A stretch of 64,000 bases of DNA from NCBI GenBank assembly GCA_964506115.1, contig CAZDKI010000003.1:40627-104626 (forward strand), written 5' to 3'. Made by a program: the position numbers and the translations under genes. The notes beneath the pieces were generated by a model, which was not told where the DNA came from, did no database searches, and was given only the letters and a program-made list of their open reading frames with translations. Shown piece after piece: positions 1-8,977 of this stretch (positions within the stretch are counted from its first letter, which is position 1; each line of letters begins with the position of its first letter). The DNA is from an uncultured Candidatus Peribacteria bacterium (GTDB taxonomy: Bacteria > Patescibacteriota > Gracilibacteria > RBG-16-42-10).

Positions 1-369
1 TCGTAAGATATAACCAGCTAATGGATGCGCGGCAGGTACATCAGGAAACGGATTTTCTGTTGCAGTAGGAATATCACGAACGCCAGCTGTATCTAGAAAA
101 AGTCTTAAAGCTTGCCCACGAGGCATCCCTTCTTCAGGATGAAATCTACCATCAGCCAATGCTGTCATTATTCCTCGTCTCCCTAAAAACTGAATTGCTT
201 GAAATTGATGATGCTCAGGGGGCACATCAGGAAAAATAACGCGAACATCTTCTCTGATAGTATTTCTAGCCACAGTCTCAGGTGCTTGAGTTCTACACGC
301 CTCAGTACCAGCGAGCATCATTGCCAAAGCTGCTGGAAGGTATCTATTCATCAAAGACTTTTGTCGCAT
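1..369 (-). CDS. SLH-domain secreted protein, N-terminal part (CDS runs off the left edge)
   Basis: Absent from the ORF track because it is open at the window edge. Reverse-strand translation from ATG (369-367) gives MRQKSLMNRYLPAALAMMLAGTEACRTQAPETVA, which looks like a signal peptide. Two SLH-type repeats follow: FPDVPPEHHQFQAIQFLGRRGIMTALADGRFHPEEGMPRGQALRLFL and FPDVPAAHPLAGYILR. No stop down to position 1. Confidence 0.6.
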   Translation of the reverse strand, partial: MRQKSLMNRYLPAALAMMLAGTEACRTQAPETVARNTIREDVRVIFPDVPPEHHQFQAIQFLGRRGIMTALADGRFHPEEGMPRGQALRLFLDTAGVRDIPTATENPFPDVPAAHPLAGYILR

Positions 370-438
370 ATATCAAATTAATAGGTTGATTTATAGCATA
401 CAAAAGGCGTTTATTCAACGCTTTAGCTCCTCAAGATA

Positions 439-467
439 TTCAGCTGACTTATAAAGCTTGCTATAAT
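439..467 (+). promoter_or_regulatory. putative sigma70-type promoter (TTCAGC-17-TATAAT)
   Basis: TATAAT at 462-467 and TTCAGC at 439-444 with a 17-nt spacer, 23 nt upstream of the ATG at 490. Confidence 0.35.
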
Positions 468-489
468 TAGATCATCATCACTTACACTT

Positions 490-1377
490 ATGGCTGTACC
501 TATCAAATCTTCAGCGTTCCCAACTGTAGCGAAATACCTCAATTATTGGCCAGCACCTAAAAAGAAAATCCTCAACACTGTACGTGAGTGCATTAAGAAA
601 GCTGCTCCAAAAGGGGAGGAGGTGATCAGCTATGCTATGCCAGCAGTGCTATTTGATGGCAAGAGAGTTTGGTATGCGGGTTGGGATAAGCATTACTCTA
701 TTTATGTGCCTCAAGTAATGGCCCAATATCAGCATGAGCTAAAGAAATATACTACTAGTAAATCAGCAATTAATTTTCCTTGGGATGAACCAGTACCAGT
801 AGCTTTGATTACCAAAATTGCTAAAACAGTGATGGCATTACCAGGAAAGTCAGCTAAGTCCAAAGCAAAATTAGCTAAAGATCCTAAAAATAAACGCATA
901 TGTAAAAACGGCCATATCTTTTATAAAACCAGTGATTGCCCAGTTTGCCCTCGTTGTGAACAAGCAAAAATTGTTGCTAAACCATTCTTTGTGCAGCTCA
1001 GTGCTCCCGCTCGCAGAGCACTTGAAAATGCTGGCATCACTACCACCAAGAAGTTAGCTACGTTTACTAAAAAAGCTATCTTAGAACTCCACGGAATGGG
1101 ACCAGGTAGTATACCCAGACTTGAAGCCGCACTCAAAAAAGAAAAATTAACATTTAAATCTGGTAAAGCTGAAAAGTATATTCAATATCACAAAGATGGC
1201 AGTATCTGGGCCAAGGGACAGACTATTAATGGTGTCTCAGAAGGATTCTGGCAATGGTATCGCAAAGATGGTACTAAGCTACGTTCTGGCTACTTTACCA
1301 AAGGTAAGCAAACAGGTGAGTGGACTACGTATGATCTAAAAGGTAAAACATATAAAGTAACTCCAATTAAAAAATAA
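490..1377 (+). CDS. three-module fusion protein: DUF1801/YdhG-like N-terminus, helix-hairpin-helix-like middle, MORN-repeat (YwqK-like) C-terminus
   Basis: The N-terminus YLNYWPAPKKKILNTVRECIKKAAPKGEEVISYAMPAVLFDGKRVWYAGWDKHYSIY resembles DUF1801. The middle has CPVCPRCEQ followed by ARRALENAGITTTKKLATFTKKAILELHGMGPGSIPRL (HhH-like). The C-terminus has GFWQWYRKDGTKLRSGYFTKGKQTGEWTTYD (MORN-type repeats). Confidence 0.6.
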   Translation: MAVPIKSSAFPTVAKYLNYWPAPKKKILNTVRECIKKAAPKGEEVISYAMPAVLFDGKRVWYAGWDKHYSIYVPQVMAQYQHELKKYTTSKSAINFPWDEPVPVALITKIAKTVMALPGKSAKSKAKLAKDPKNKRICKNGHIFYKTSDCPVCPRCEQAKIVAKPFFVQLSAPARRALENAGITTTKKLATFTKKAILELHGMGPGSIPRLEAALKKEKLTFKSGKAEKYIQYHKDGSIWAKGQTINGVSEGFWQWYRKDGTKLRSGYFTKGKQTGEWTTYDLKGKTYKVTPIKK

Positions 1378-1387
1378 CTCATTCTTT

Positions 1388-1822
1388 ATGAAAAAACTTC
1401 ATTTTAGTATTGATATAAACGCTCCAAAAGCTAAAGTTTGGGATACAATGATTAGCGAGACTTCCTATCGCGAGTGGACCTCAGCTTTTGCAGAAGGGTC
1501 AAGTTTTAAAGGTTCTTGGGATAAAGGCGCGAAGATCTTATTTGTAGATCCCAATAACAGTGGCATGGTTGCTGAAATTGCTGAAAATAAATTACATGAA
1601 TTCATTTCTATTCGTCATTTAGGTGAGATTGATCATGGAGTGGAGGATACTACAAGCGAAAAGGTAAAAGCTTGGACACCAGCATATGAGAATTATACCT
1701 TCACTGAAAAAGATGGTGTGACGACTGTTGACATCGAACTAGACAGTGCTGATGCATGGGCAGCAATGATGAGTGATATGTGGCCAAAAGCTTTACTAAA
1801 GTTAAAAGCAATTAGTGAATAA
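1388..1822 (+). CDS. SRPBCC/AHSA1-like domain protein
   Basis: 144 aa. MKKLHFSIDINAPKAKVWDTMISETSYREWTSAF is typical of SRPBCC (Activator of Hsp90 ATPase homologue-like) proteins. Confidence 0.65.
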   Translation: MKKLHFSIDINAPKAKVWDTMISETSYREWTSAFAEGSSFKGSWDKGAKILFVDPNNSGMVAEIAENKLHEFISIRHLGEIDHGVEDTTSEKVKAWTPAYENYTFTEKDGVTTVDIELDSADAWAAMMSDMWPKALLKLKAISE

Positions 1823-2201
1823 GCCTATGAACGGACTTAACTATTTTGAGATTCAGGTAAATAATCCTGAGCAAGCTATTACCTTTTATAGCAACGTATT
1901 CGGTTGGCAGTTTACCAAACTAGACATGCCAATTGATTATTGGCTAATTCAAACAGATGGCTTGCATGGAGGTATGCTTAAACGTCCTATTCCACTCACA
2001 AAAGATTCATCTGGAGCCAATGCTTTTGTATCCTCAGTTCAAGTAGAAAATTTTGATGCTACAACCCAATCTATCATCCAAGCAGGTGGCACAGTTGTTC
2101 TTTCGAAATTTCCTGTAACTGGCAAATGTTGGCAAGGTTATTTTAACGATACTGAAGGAAACACATTTGGTATTTACCAAGTAGATTCTACAGCTCAATA
2201 A
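1815..2201 (+). CDS. VOC (glyoxalase/bleomycin-resistance fold) family protein
   Basis: 128 aa. NYFEIQVNNPEQAITFYSNVFGWQF ... GYFNDTEGNTFGIYQ is the VOC-fold pattern. Overlaps the previous gene by 8 nt, so an operon is likely. Confidence 0.65.
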   Translation: MNKPMNGLNYFEIQVNNPEQAITFYSNVFGWQFTKLDMPIDYWLIQTDGLHGGMLKRPIPLTKDSSGANAFVSSVQVENFDATTQSIIQAGGTVVLSKFPVTGKCWQGYFNDTEGNTFGIYQVDSTAQ

Positions 2202-2206
2202 TTTAT

Positions 2207-2530
2207 ATGGACATTAGCACTCTACAGACTAAAGCTTTGGCGATAGCTGAACAATATGCCAATCTTAATCGCACCCAGGAACGTCCACAGTGGGAAATAG
2301 CAGAGTACATGCAGGCTTTTGTAGGAGATGTTGGTGATTTAGCCAAATTAATCATGGCTAAAAATAACTTTCGCAGTATACCTAACCATGATGAAAAAAT
2401 TGCGCATGAACTAGGTGACTGTCTATGGGCTATTTTAGTTCTTGCTAAAAAACTAAATGTAGACCTAGAACAAGCATTTCAAGAGACAATGAAAACAATT
2501 GAAGCAAAGATCAACCAGCAAATCGATTAA
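2207..2530 (+). CDS. MazG-like nucleotide pyrophosphohydrolase domain protein
   Basis: 107 aa. EYMQAFVGDVGDLAKLIM ... AHELGDCLWAILVLAKKLNVDLEQAF matches the small all-alpha MazG pattern. Confidence 0.6.
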   Translation: MDISTLQTKALAIAEQYANLNRTQERPQWEIAEYMQAFVGDVGDLAKLIMAKNNFRSIPNHDEKIAHELGDCLWAILVLAKKLNVDLEQAFQETMKTIEAKINQQID

Positions 2531-4002
2531 GCCTTTCTCGTTAGATCTAGCTCTTGATCAATTCTTACTTGCATAACAAAGTCAGGCACGTGAGAAACTA
2601 AAATCATGGCTCCCGTATATTCATCTAATGCTTTGGCAATAACTGGCAAATGACGAAAGTTAATATGATTTGTCGGCTCATCCAAAATAAGTAATCCTGG
2701 TCTTTGTAAGACTAGACGAGCAAATGCCACTAATCCTTTCTGTCCTTCAGATAAAGTACCAATTTTGCTATTGATCAAAGCTGAAGTAATCAAAAAACCA
2801 GCAGCGACTGAGCGCAAAAGCTCTTCCATTGATTTACCAGTCCCAGCTGCAGATTCCAGTGCCTCCAATAATGATTGGTGAACAGTGTGTTCGAAATTTA
2901 AAGTAGAAAAATCCTGACGATAATAACCAACGCGAACATCCTCACCAATAATAGCTCCTTTTGCCGTTCCAGTAGCCAAAGCTTCTAGAAGAGTACTTTT
3001 ACCAATTCCATTAGGTCCAGTAAGCAACAAATGTTGATTCTTACGCACAATGACAGAAGCCTTTTTCACTACAGGTTCATGGTTTTGAATAATGGTGAAA
3101 CTATCAATTTTTACAATTTCTCCACCAATATTTTCCTGACAAGGGATAATAAACTCTCGAATAGTCTTATCTTCACGTCGAACATCAACTACTTCATCTT
3201 CCAGTTCATCAGCCAAACGATTCATCCGCTTTGCTACAGCACGCATCTTGCCTCCTTTATGAGCAAATACATTCGCTTTATCGCGTTTTTCTTGAATGCC
3301 CTTAGCTAATTGAGCATTCTTACTATTCTCCTTTTGTTTACGAATCTCAATTTGCTCTACTACATCGAAGTAGTTTCCCTCATATTGCTCTACTTTCTTG
3401 GTAAAGATATCCAGGTACAAGACTGTGTCTGTAAATGCATTCAAAAAGTCAGCATCATGAGAAATGACGATACAAGTTTTGGGATAATCCAAAATAAAGT
3501 TCAACAAGTGATCAATACCAGTATGATCTAAGTTATTAGTAGGCTCATCTAAAAGTAAAACATCTGGGTCTTGAATCAAGGCTGAGGCTAACAACAAACG
3601 TGCTTGTTGACCACCAGAAAATGATTTAATAATGCGATCTTTGGGTGCATGCACATTCACAATCGCTAAGACATCATCGATCTTACGATCAATATCATAC
3701 GCTTTTTCTCCATAATATTTCTCAAAAAAAGCTTTCACAGTAAGATCACGATCTTCTTGAGGAGTGACTTGAGGAGCGATAGCAATACTGATACCGGGAA
3801 CAACGTTTACTCGACCATCTGTGGGAGAGAATTGCTTAGTGATCAGTTTGAAAATAGTACTTTTACCAGCACCATTTTGACCCATGATCGTTACTTTACT
3901 ACCTTTACGGACGGAGAAGTCTACTTCATCCAAAATTTGATGATCGTTTTCATAAATAAACGTAACCGTATCAAAACTAACAAGTGTTTCCTGAGCTGAC
4001 AT
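2527..4002 (-). CDS. ABC-F family ATPase (two ABC cassettes, no TM domain)
   Basis: 491 aa. Walker A GQNGAGKST and GPNGIGKST. Signatures LSGGQQARL and LSEGQKGLV. Walker B LLLDEPTN and LILDEPTN. A charged linker lies between the cassettes. Confidence 0.85.
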   Translation of the reverse strand: MSAQETLVSFDTVTFIYENDHQILDEVDFSVRKGSKVTIMGQNGAGKSTIFKLITKQFSPTDGRVNVVPGISIAIAPQVTPQEDRDLTVKAFFEKYYGEKAYDIDRKIDDVLAIVNVHAPKDRIIKSFSGGQQARLLLASALIQDPDVLLLDEPTNNLDHTGIDHLLNFILDYPKTCIVISHDADFLNAFTDTVLYLDIFTKKVEQYEGNYFDVVEQIEIRKQKENSKNAQLAKGIQEKRDKANVFAHKGGKMRAVAKRMNRLADELEDEVVDVRREDKTIREFIIPCQENIGGEIVKIDSFTIIQNHEPVVKKASVIVRKNQHLLLTGPNGIGKSTLLEALATGTAKGAIIGEDVRVGYYRQDFSTLNFEHTVHQSLLEALESAAGTGKSMEELLRSVAAGFLITSALINSKIGTLSEGQKGLVAFARLVLQRPGLLILDEPTNHINFRHLPVIAKALDEYTGAMILVSHVPDFVMQVRIDQELDLTRKA

Positions 4003-4124
4003 AATGACGCAAACATAATTTTAAATCGGCCAGAGAGTAACCTATCTTGTCCAATTTGGCTACTACATTTCATTGCTTAGCCTAAAAACAGAAACTAAGA
4101 TCAGTTTAATTAGTACTCAAAATT

Positions 4125-4538
4125 ATGAATAATGATTCTTTTCCTCGTATTCTTGCCGTCGCCGGTATTATTATCAACGAAAGAGGAGAGATCTTACTTA
4201 CTTGGAGAGAAGACGAACCAGCTAAACATACGTGGCAAATAACTGCCGGATTTGTAAAACCGGGTGAAAGAATGGCTGAAGCAATGGCTCGTCAGTTAGC
4301 TGAAAAAGTAGGCATTACTGAAATTAAATCCATAGAATTTACGGGAAAGTTCTACGATGATCCCAATCGCAATCCCGATCGGCTTTGCTTGCCACTACTA
4401 TTTAAAGTCGTAGTTGCAAATAATGTCAGCATTAACACTTCTAGTAAGTACCAATGGCTCGAACCTAAAAGTATTGAAGCTTTAGAAATGGCATTTGATA
4501 ATAAACAAATGCTTAAAGATGCTGGCGTTATTCTTTAA
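4125..4538 (+). CDS. NUDIX hydrolase
   Basis: 137 aa. Near-canonical Nudix box GFVKPGERMAEAMARQLAEKVGI, with RE changed to RQ and EE changed to EK. Confidence 0.65.
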   Translation: MNNDSFPRILAVAGIIINERGEILLTWREDEPAKHTWQITAGFVKPGERMAEAMARQLAEKVGITEIKSIEFTGKFYDDPNRNPDRLCLPLLFKVVVANNVSINTSSKYQWLEPKSIEALEMAFDNKQMLKDAGVIL

Positions 4539-4605
4539 TGATCAAACTTCCTACCAAATTGACAGCCAAAAGAACAATCGATAGAGTCGGCTCTCGATTA
4601 AATCT

Positions 4606-5157
4606 ATGGCCAAACTTCATATAGAAAAGAGAGAGACTCCAGACAGTTTAACTCTTGCTCTCTACAAACACACTGAATTAATCATGACGGCAGCTCAAGC
4701 ATTAATTGATGAGCAACCCGACCACTGCACAAAATCAAAGGATCAAATCGCATCCGCTACCTTTAAGCTACCGAGTACACCCCCATCACCTACCTTGTCC
4801 AATAGTCCTTGGTACATAGAAAGTGTAAAAATTACTCGAAACTTCGAGTCAACGACTAGCACTAACTGGCAAGTAGTACTGTTTTTCTTGCATTACTCAA
4901 CCACCGGATTACAAGAAAGAAACGAAATAGTCTTTACAGTATCCGATCGCAATGGACAACTCATTATTTCTATTACCAAAAAGAAAGGTGAACAAATAAC
5001 ATTGTTTATTGAAACCAACCTTAACCGACCTGACCACTTACATAGCAGTGACATGATTATTTTAAGTCACTGTGAAAGTTACTTAAAGCCATTACTGCTT
5101 GAAGCCCAAGGACAGATGAGCAGAAAGGTAGTGAGAGAAGTGATCTCTGCCGGTTAA
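4606..5157 (+). CDS. hypothetical protein
   Basis: 183-aa ORF filling an otherwise empty interval. No motif recognised. Confidence 0.45.
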   Translation: MAKLHIEKRETPDSLTLALYKHTELIMTAAQALIDEQPDHCTKSKDQIASATFKLPSTPPSPTLSNSPWYIESVKITRNFESTTSTNWQVVLFFLHYSTTGLQERNEIVFTVSDRNGQLIISITKKKGEQITLFIETNLNRPDHLHSSDMIILSHCESYLKPLLLEAQGQMSRKVVREVISAG

Positions 5158-5161
5158 GACT

Positions 5162-5497
5162 CTAGAGCTCCATCATTTTCCGTTCAGCAAACTCTTTGGT
5201 TAACTTATAAATAAGCTCCTTGCTATCATCCTTGGCCACGGTTACAGGATGTCTATACTTACACTTCAAACACTCATGAATGATCTGGTAAGTCTTTTTT
5301 GCTGAATTATAAATCATATCCACCGGTTTCATCAGGGACTGGCAGGTACATTTGCGATCTCCTGGAAGCTTCAAATCAACATGGTAAGAATAGAGACAAT
5401 TAGGACAGTGATTCCGACAATAGCCACCACCACGGCGTGGGACCATCATGTGGCAATTTTGGCACTCAAAATCTTCATCCCGATGCGTTGTTTTCAT
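5162..5497 (-). CDS. RNHCP domain protein (Cys-rich, zinc-ribbon-like)
   Basis: 111 aa. Contains CQNCHMMVPRRGGGYCRNHCPNCLYSYHVD, the eponymous RNHCP motif with flanking CxxC pairs. Confidence 0.65.
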   Translation of the reverse strand: MKTTHRDEDFECQNCHMMVPRRGGGYCRNHCPNCLYSYHVDLKLPGDRKCTCQSLMKPVDMIYNSAKKTYQIIHECLKCKYRHPVTVAKDDSKELIYKLTKEFAERKMMEL

Positions 5498-5549
5498 GTA
5501 CTTATCGCTAAAGCTAGTTTACAATAAGAGTGTACCTTATTTTTCGGGC

Positions 5550-7952
5550 ATGTCATATGTGCTTTTTATCCTCGTTATAGTCCTTATTGGTGCAAGCATA
5601 CTCTTTGCTATTCGCCAGTATCATGCTGTTCAATCTGCACTACAGCTAGTCTTCTTACGTGTCAGTGTACCTAGAGCCGAAGATCCTAAGGATCATGAAC
5701 GTAGTAAAGACCGTGAAAAAGACTTCAAAGAAAGTATTAGTATCATGGAACAACTGCTTACCAACTTAGGCGGCATGATCAAGCGTAAGTGGTATCAGAT
5801 CTGGAAATATCCTGACACTATCACTTTTGAATGTGTCGTAGAAAAACATTTAATTTATTTTTACATTATTGTTCCTCAAGGATGGGAGACTGTCGTTGAG
5901 AAACAGCTTACTTCATATTATGCCGATGCCACCGTAGATATTGTAGACGAATACCCACTATTCCAAGCAAACGCTTACACTGAAACCGTACAGTTAGCAA
6001 TGAAAGAAGCTCATTATTTACCAATCAAAACCTACAATCAACTAGAATCAGATCCTCTCAATGCGATCACCAATGCTTTGAGTAAATTAGCGGAGAATGA
6101 AACAGCTAGTATTCAGATCTGCATGGCGCCACCTACTAAACGCACTCTTAAAAAGGGTAAGAAGAAAGCAAAAGATCTATTTCAAGGCAAATCAGGACCA
6201 AAGGGTATAGTCATACTACGCCCTTTCATCGCAATTTTTGATTTCTTTACCAATAGTGCAACTAGTACACCTAAAGAACCAAAACGGCTTACCCCACGTG
6301 AGGAAGAGCGGGTTAAACTTATCGAAGCAAAACTCAACCACAACAATTTCGCCACCAACATTCGTATTGTAGTAAGTAGTGGTGATAAAGAGGCCGCAAA
6401 GCTACAGATGAAAAATATTCTAGCTTCACTCAACCAATTTAGTAGCATCGACCTTAATAAAATGGAGGTAAAAAAATATTTAAACAAACAAAAAATTGAA
6501 AAGTATTTTTTATTGAGAAAGCTAACCCCTATGGTTCCTACTTTGACGCTAGGCACCGAAGAAATAGTGAGTCTCTTTCATGTTCCTAACACCCGCTTCA
6601 ACACAAGCCCCTCTATTTTTTGGCAGTCATTTAAGATTGCTCCAGCACCTACCGACCTGCCTAAAGATGGTATTTTATTAGGCTACAATGTCTATCGTGG
6701 TGAGGTTAAGGAAGTAAGATTGAAGCATAGCGATCGTTTCAGGCACTTCTACGTCATTGGTCAAACTGGTACAGGTAAATCAACCATCCTCCAAACGATG
6801 ATCCGTCAGGATTTACAATTAGGACATGGTTTCTGTGTCATTGATCCTCACGGAGAATTAATTGAGGATATCCTTCCTTTTATCCCAAAATCACGTGTGC
6901 AAGATGTGGTTTACTTTAATCCTGGAGATACTGAGCGTCCGATGGGACTCAACCTCTTGGAGGCCAATACACCTGAAGAAAAAGACTTTATCTCTACTGA
7001 AGCTTTGAACATTATGATCAAGCTCTATGGCGAAGAGATTTTCTCTCCACGTTTGCAAGATTATTTTCGTAATGGATGCCTGACCTTAATGGATGATCCG
7101 CAGGGAGGTTGTATTACCGATATCGTACGTTTATTCACAGATGAAGATTGGCAGACGTTCAAAGTATCCAAAGTCCAAAACCCAATTGTGAAATCGTTTT
7201 GGAGTAAACAAATGGCCATGACCGGGGCACGCGAAAAGCAAGAAATGATTCCGTATTTTGCTGCTAAATTTGGTGCTTTTATTACCAACACTTTGATGCG
7301 TAATATTTTGGGCCAACCAAAATCAGCCTTTGATATTGGAGACATCATGAACAATAAAAAGATTTTGTTAGTAAATCTCTGTAAAGGGCTAGTAGGAGAT
7401 TTCAATGCTAGCTTGCTTGGTATGATTATTGTAGCAAAACTCCAAGTAGCGGCTATGCGCCGAGTGTATGGGGAGAAAAGTGATTTCTTCTTATATATAG
7501 ATGAATTCCAGAACTTCGTCACCAATAGCGTAGAGGTCATTCTTTCTGAAGCACGTAAGTACCGGCTTGGTATGGTTATGGCTCATCAGTTCATCCCTCA
7601 ATTGGTTAGAAACAATAATGACACCAAGATTCGCGATGCGGTATTTGGTAATGTCGGCTCAATTTTGTCATACAAAATTGGTGTCGATAGTGCAGAGTTG
7701 ATTGGCAAAGAAATGGCACCAGTTTTCTCAGAACAAGATTTACTAAATATTGGTGACTTCAAAGCAGCCCTAAAACTTTCAGTAAATAATAAACCAACCA
7801 GACCTTTTACTCTCAATGTGATCAAACCTTGGGAGGTCAGTGGCCCGGGAAATAAAAAGCTAGCACAAGCGATCAAAGAACTATCTCGACTAAAATATGG
7901 AGCTCGCCGTGAATTTGTAAATCAAGAAATTCTCGCTCGTATTGGTGCTTAA
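5550..7952 (+). CDS. VirD4/TraD/TraG-like coupling-type P-loop ATPase with N-terminal TM anchor
   Basis: The track ORF starts at 5448 and would overlap the divergent RNHCP gene. The ATG at 5550 (MSYVLFILVIVLIGASILFAI, a TM helix) is the more plausible start. Walker A GQTGTGKST, Walker B FFLYIDEFQNF, and VIDPHGEL / MAHQFIPQL blocks typical of T4SS coupling/HerA-like ATPases. Confidence 0.7.
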   Translation: MSYVLFILVIVLIGASILFAIRQYHAVQSALQLVFLRVSVPRAEDPKDHERSKDREKDFKESISIMEQLLTNLGGMIKRKWYQIWKYPDTITFECVVEKHLIYFYIIVPQGWETVVEKQLTSYYADATVDIVDEYPLFQANAYTETVQLAMKEAHYLPIKTYNQLESDPLNAITNALSKLAENETASIQICMAPPTKRTLKKGKKKAKDLFQGKSGPKGIVILRPFIAIFDFFTNSATSTPKEPKRLTPREEERVKLIEAKLNHNNFATNIRIVVSSGDKEAAKLQMKNILASLNQFSSIDLNKMEVKKYLNKQKIEKYFLLRKLTPMVPTLTLGTEEIVSLFHVPNTRFNTSPSIFWQSFKIAPAPTDLPKDGILLGYNVYRGEVKEVRLKHSDRFRHFYVIGQTGTGKSTILQTMIRQDLQLGHGFCVIDPHGELIEDILPFIPKSRVQDVVYFNPGDTERPMGLNLLEANTPEEKDFISTEALNIMIKLYGEEIFSPRLQDYFRNGCLTLMDDPQGGCITDIVRLFTDEDWQTFKVSKVQNPIVKSFWSKQMAMTGAREKQEMIPYFAAKFGAFITNTLMRNILGQPKSAFDIGDIMNNKKILLVNLCKGLVGDFNASLLGMIIVAKLQVAAMRRVYGEKSDFFLYIDEFQNFVTNSVEVILSEARKYRLGMVMAHQFIPQLVRNNNDTKIRDAVFGNVGSILSYKIGVDSAELIGKEMAPVFSEQDLLNIGDFKAALKLSVNNKPTRPFTLNVIKPWEVSGPGNKKLAQAIKELSRLKYGARREFVNQEILARIGA

Positions 7953-7993
7953 GCTGATTATATGCTTAAATAGACTTCGTAAAGTTTTTATTT

Positions 7994-8557
7994 ATGCCTG
8001 AATCAAACGCTTCATCTCAACAGTCATCAGGTCAAAATGATCCTCAGATGACTAATCAGAACCCTGTTCCAGCTAATACTCAAGCCAATGGAGGTCAACC
8101 ACCGGTAGACCCAATGGCACCACTTTTTCCAGTAGGCAAAAGTGCCGATCCACGTGATGATGAATGTTTATCTATCTTCTCTGATGAAGAGACGAAAACA
8201 AAACATGCAGCCCTAAGCAAACACGCAATCGCTCCTAACAACCTCCAATTCAATCCTCAGAGATTGCTGGAGTTAGTAGCATCATCATACTCACTGACCT
8301 ATGCTGAGAAAATCTACTTCTTAGATATTGCTATTGGTAAAATCTCTCAAGAGCAGGTCAATCAATTGATGCAAGTATTTGAGAATGAACAAGAGCGTTT
8401 TGCTAAATTGCATAAAGAACACAACGAGAAAATGGCCGAGATTCAGAAAAAGTATGAGCAAAACAATACTGCAGATCCTCAAGCACAACAGAAAAAAGCT
8501 GAAGCGCAAGCAGAAGATATGTCGCAAGTTCAAGATATTCTCAACAATCTTGATTAA
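7994..8557 (+). CDS. hypothetical protein (Q/N/P-rich N-terminus, coiled-coil C-terminus)
   Basis: 187-aa ORF directly downstream of the ATPase. Low-complexity N-terminus. No motif recognised. Confidence 0.45.
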   Translation: MPESNASSQQSSGQNDPQMTNQNPVPANTQANGGQPPVDPMAPLFPVGKSADPRDDECLSIFSDEETKTKHAALSKHAIAPNNLQFNPQRLLELVASSYSLTYAEKIYFLDIAIGKISQEQVNQLMQVFENEQERFAKLHKEHNEKMAEIQKKYEQNNTADPQAQQKKAEAQAEDMSQVQDILNNLD

Positions 8558-8607
8558 TTAGTTTGTACCAGTTACAATCCACCCGATTTTGATTCACAGT
8601 TATCTCT

Positions 8608-8970
8608 ATGTCTAAAGTGTTTACATTCATTCAACGCAATACCAAGACTCCTAATCTTCCAAAGATCGTACCTGGTGATACTGTGAAGATTTTCCAGAAA
8701 ATTACTGAAGGTAAAAAACAACGTGTTCAGCTCTTCGAAGGTTTAGTGATTGCTATGCATAACAAAAACCCAGTACAGGCTACTATTACTGTTCGCAAGA
8801 TTGCCTCAGGAGTAGGAGTAGAGCGTATCTTCCCTTTGGTTTCACCAGCAATTGAAAAAATTGAAATAGTGAAGCATGCTCATGTGCGCCGCGCAAAGCT
8901 TTATTATATTCGTAAATTAGTCGGCAAAGCTGCTCGTCTGAAAGAAGAACAAGTAGTAGCTGCTGCATAA
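8608..8970 (+). CDS. rplS: 50S ribosomal protein L19
   Basis: 120 aa. GDTVKIFQKITEGKKQRVQLFEGLVIAMHN ... VRKIASGVGVERIFPLVSP ... VRRAKLYYIRKLVGKAARLKE is the canonical L19 pattern. Confidence 0.92.
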   Translation: MSKVFTFIQRNTKTPNLPKIVPGDTVKIFQKITEGKKQRVQLFEGLVIAMHNKNPVQATITVRKIASGVGVERIFPLVSPAIEKIEIVKHAHVRRAKLYYIRKLVGKAARLKEEQVVAAA

Positions 8971-8977
8971 TTAATCA

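Noticed and set aside
199-381. 60-aa plus-strand ORF at the left edge.
   Set aside because: It is antisense to the better-supported SLH-domain CDS (complement 1-369), which has a signal peptide and SLH repeats.
5448-5549. Upstream extension of the VirD4-like ORF (track start 5448, alternative ATG at 5496).
   Set aside because: The extension overlaps the start of the divergent RNHCP gene and encodes no sensible N-terminus. The ATG at 5550 opens directly with a TM helix. The true start is still unverified.
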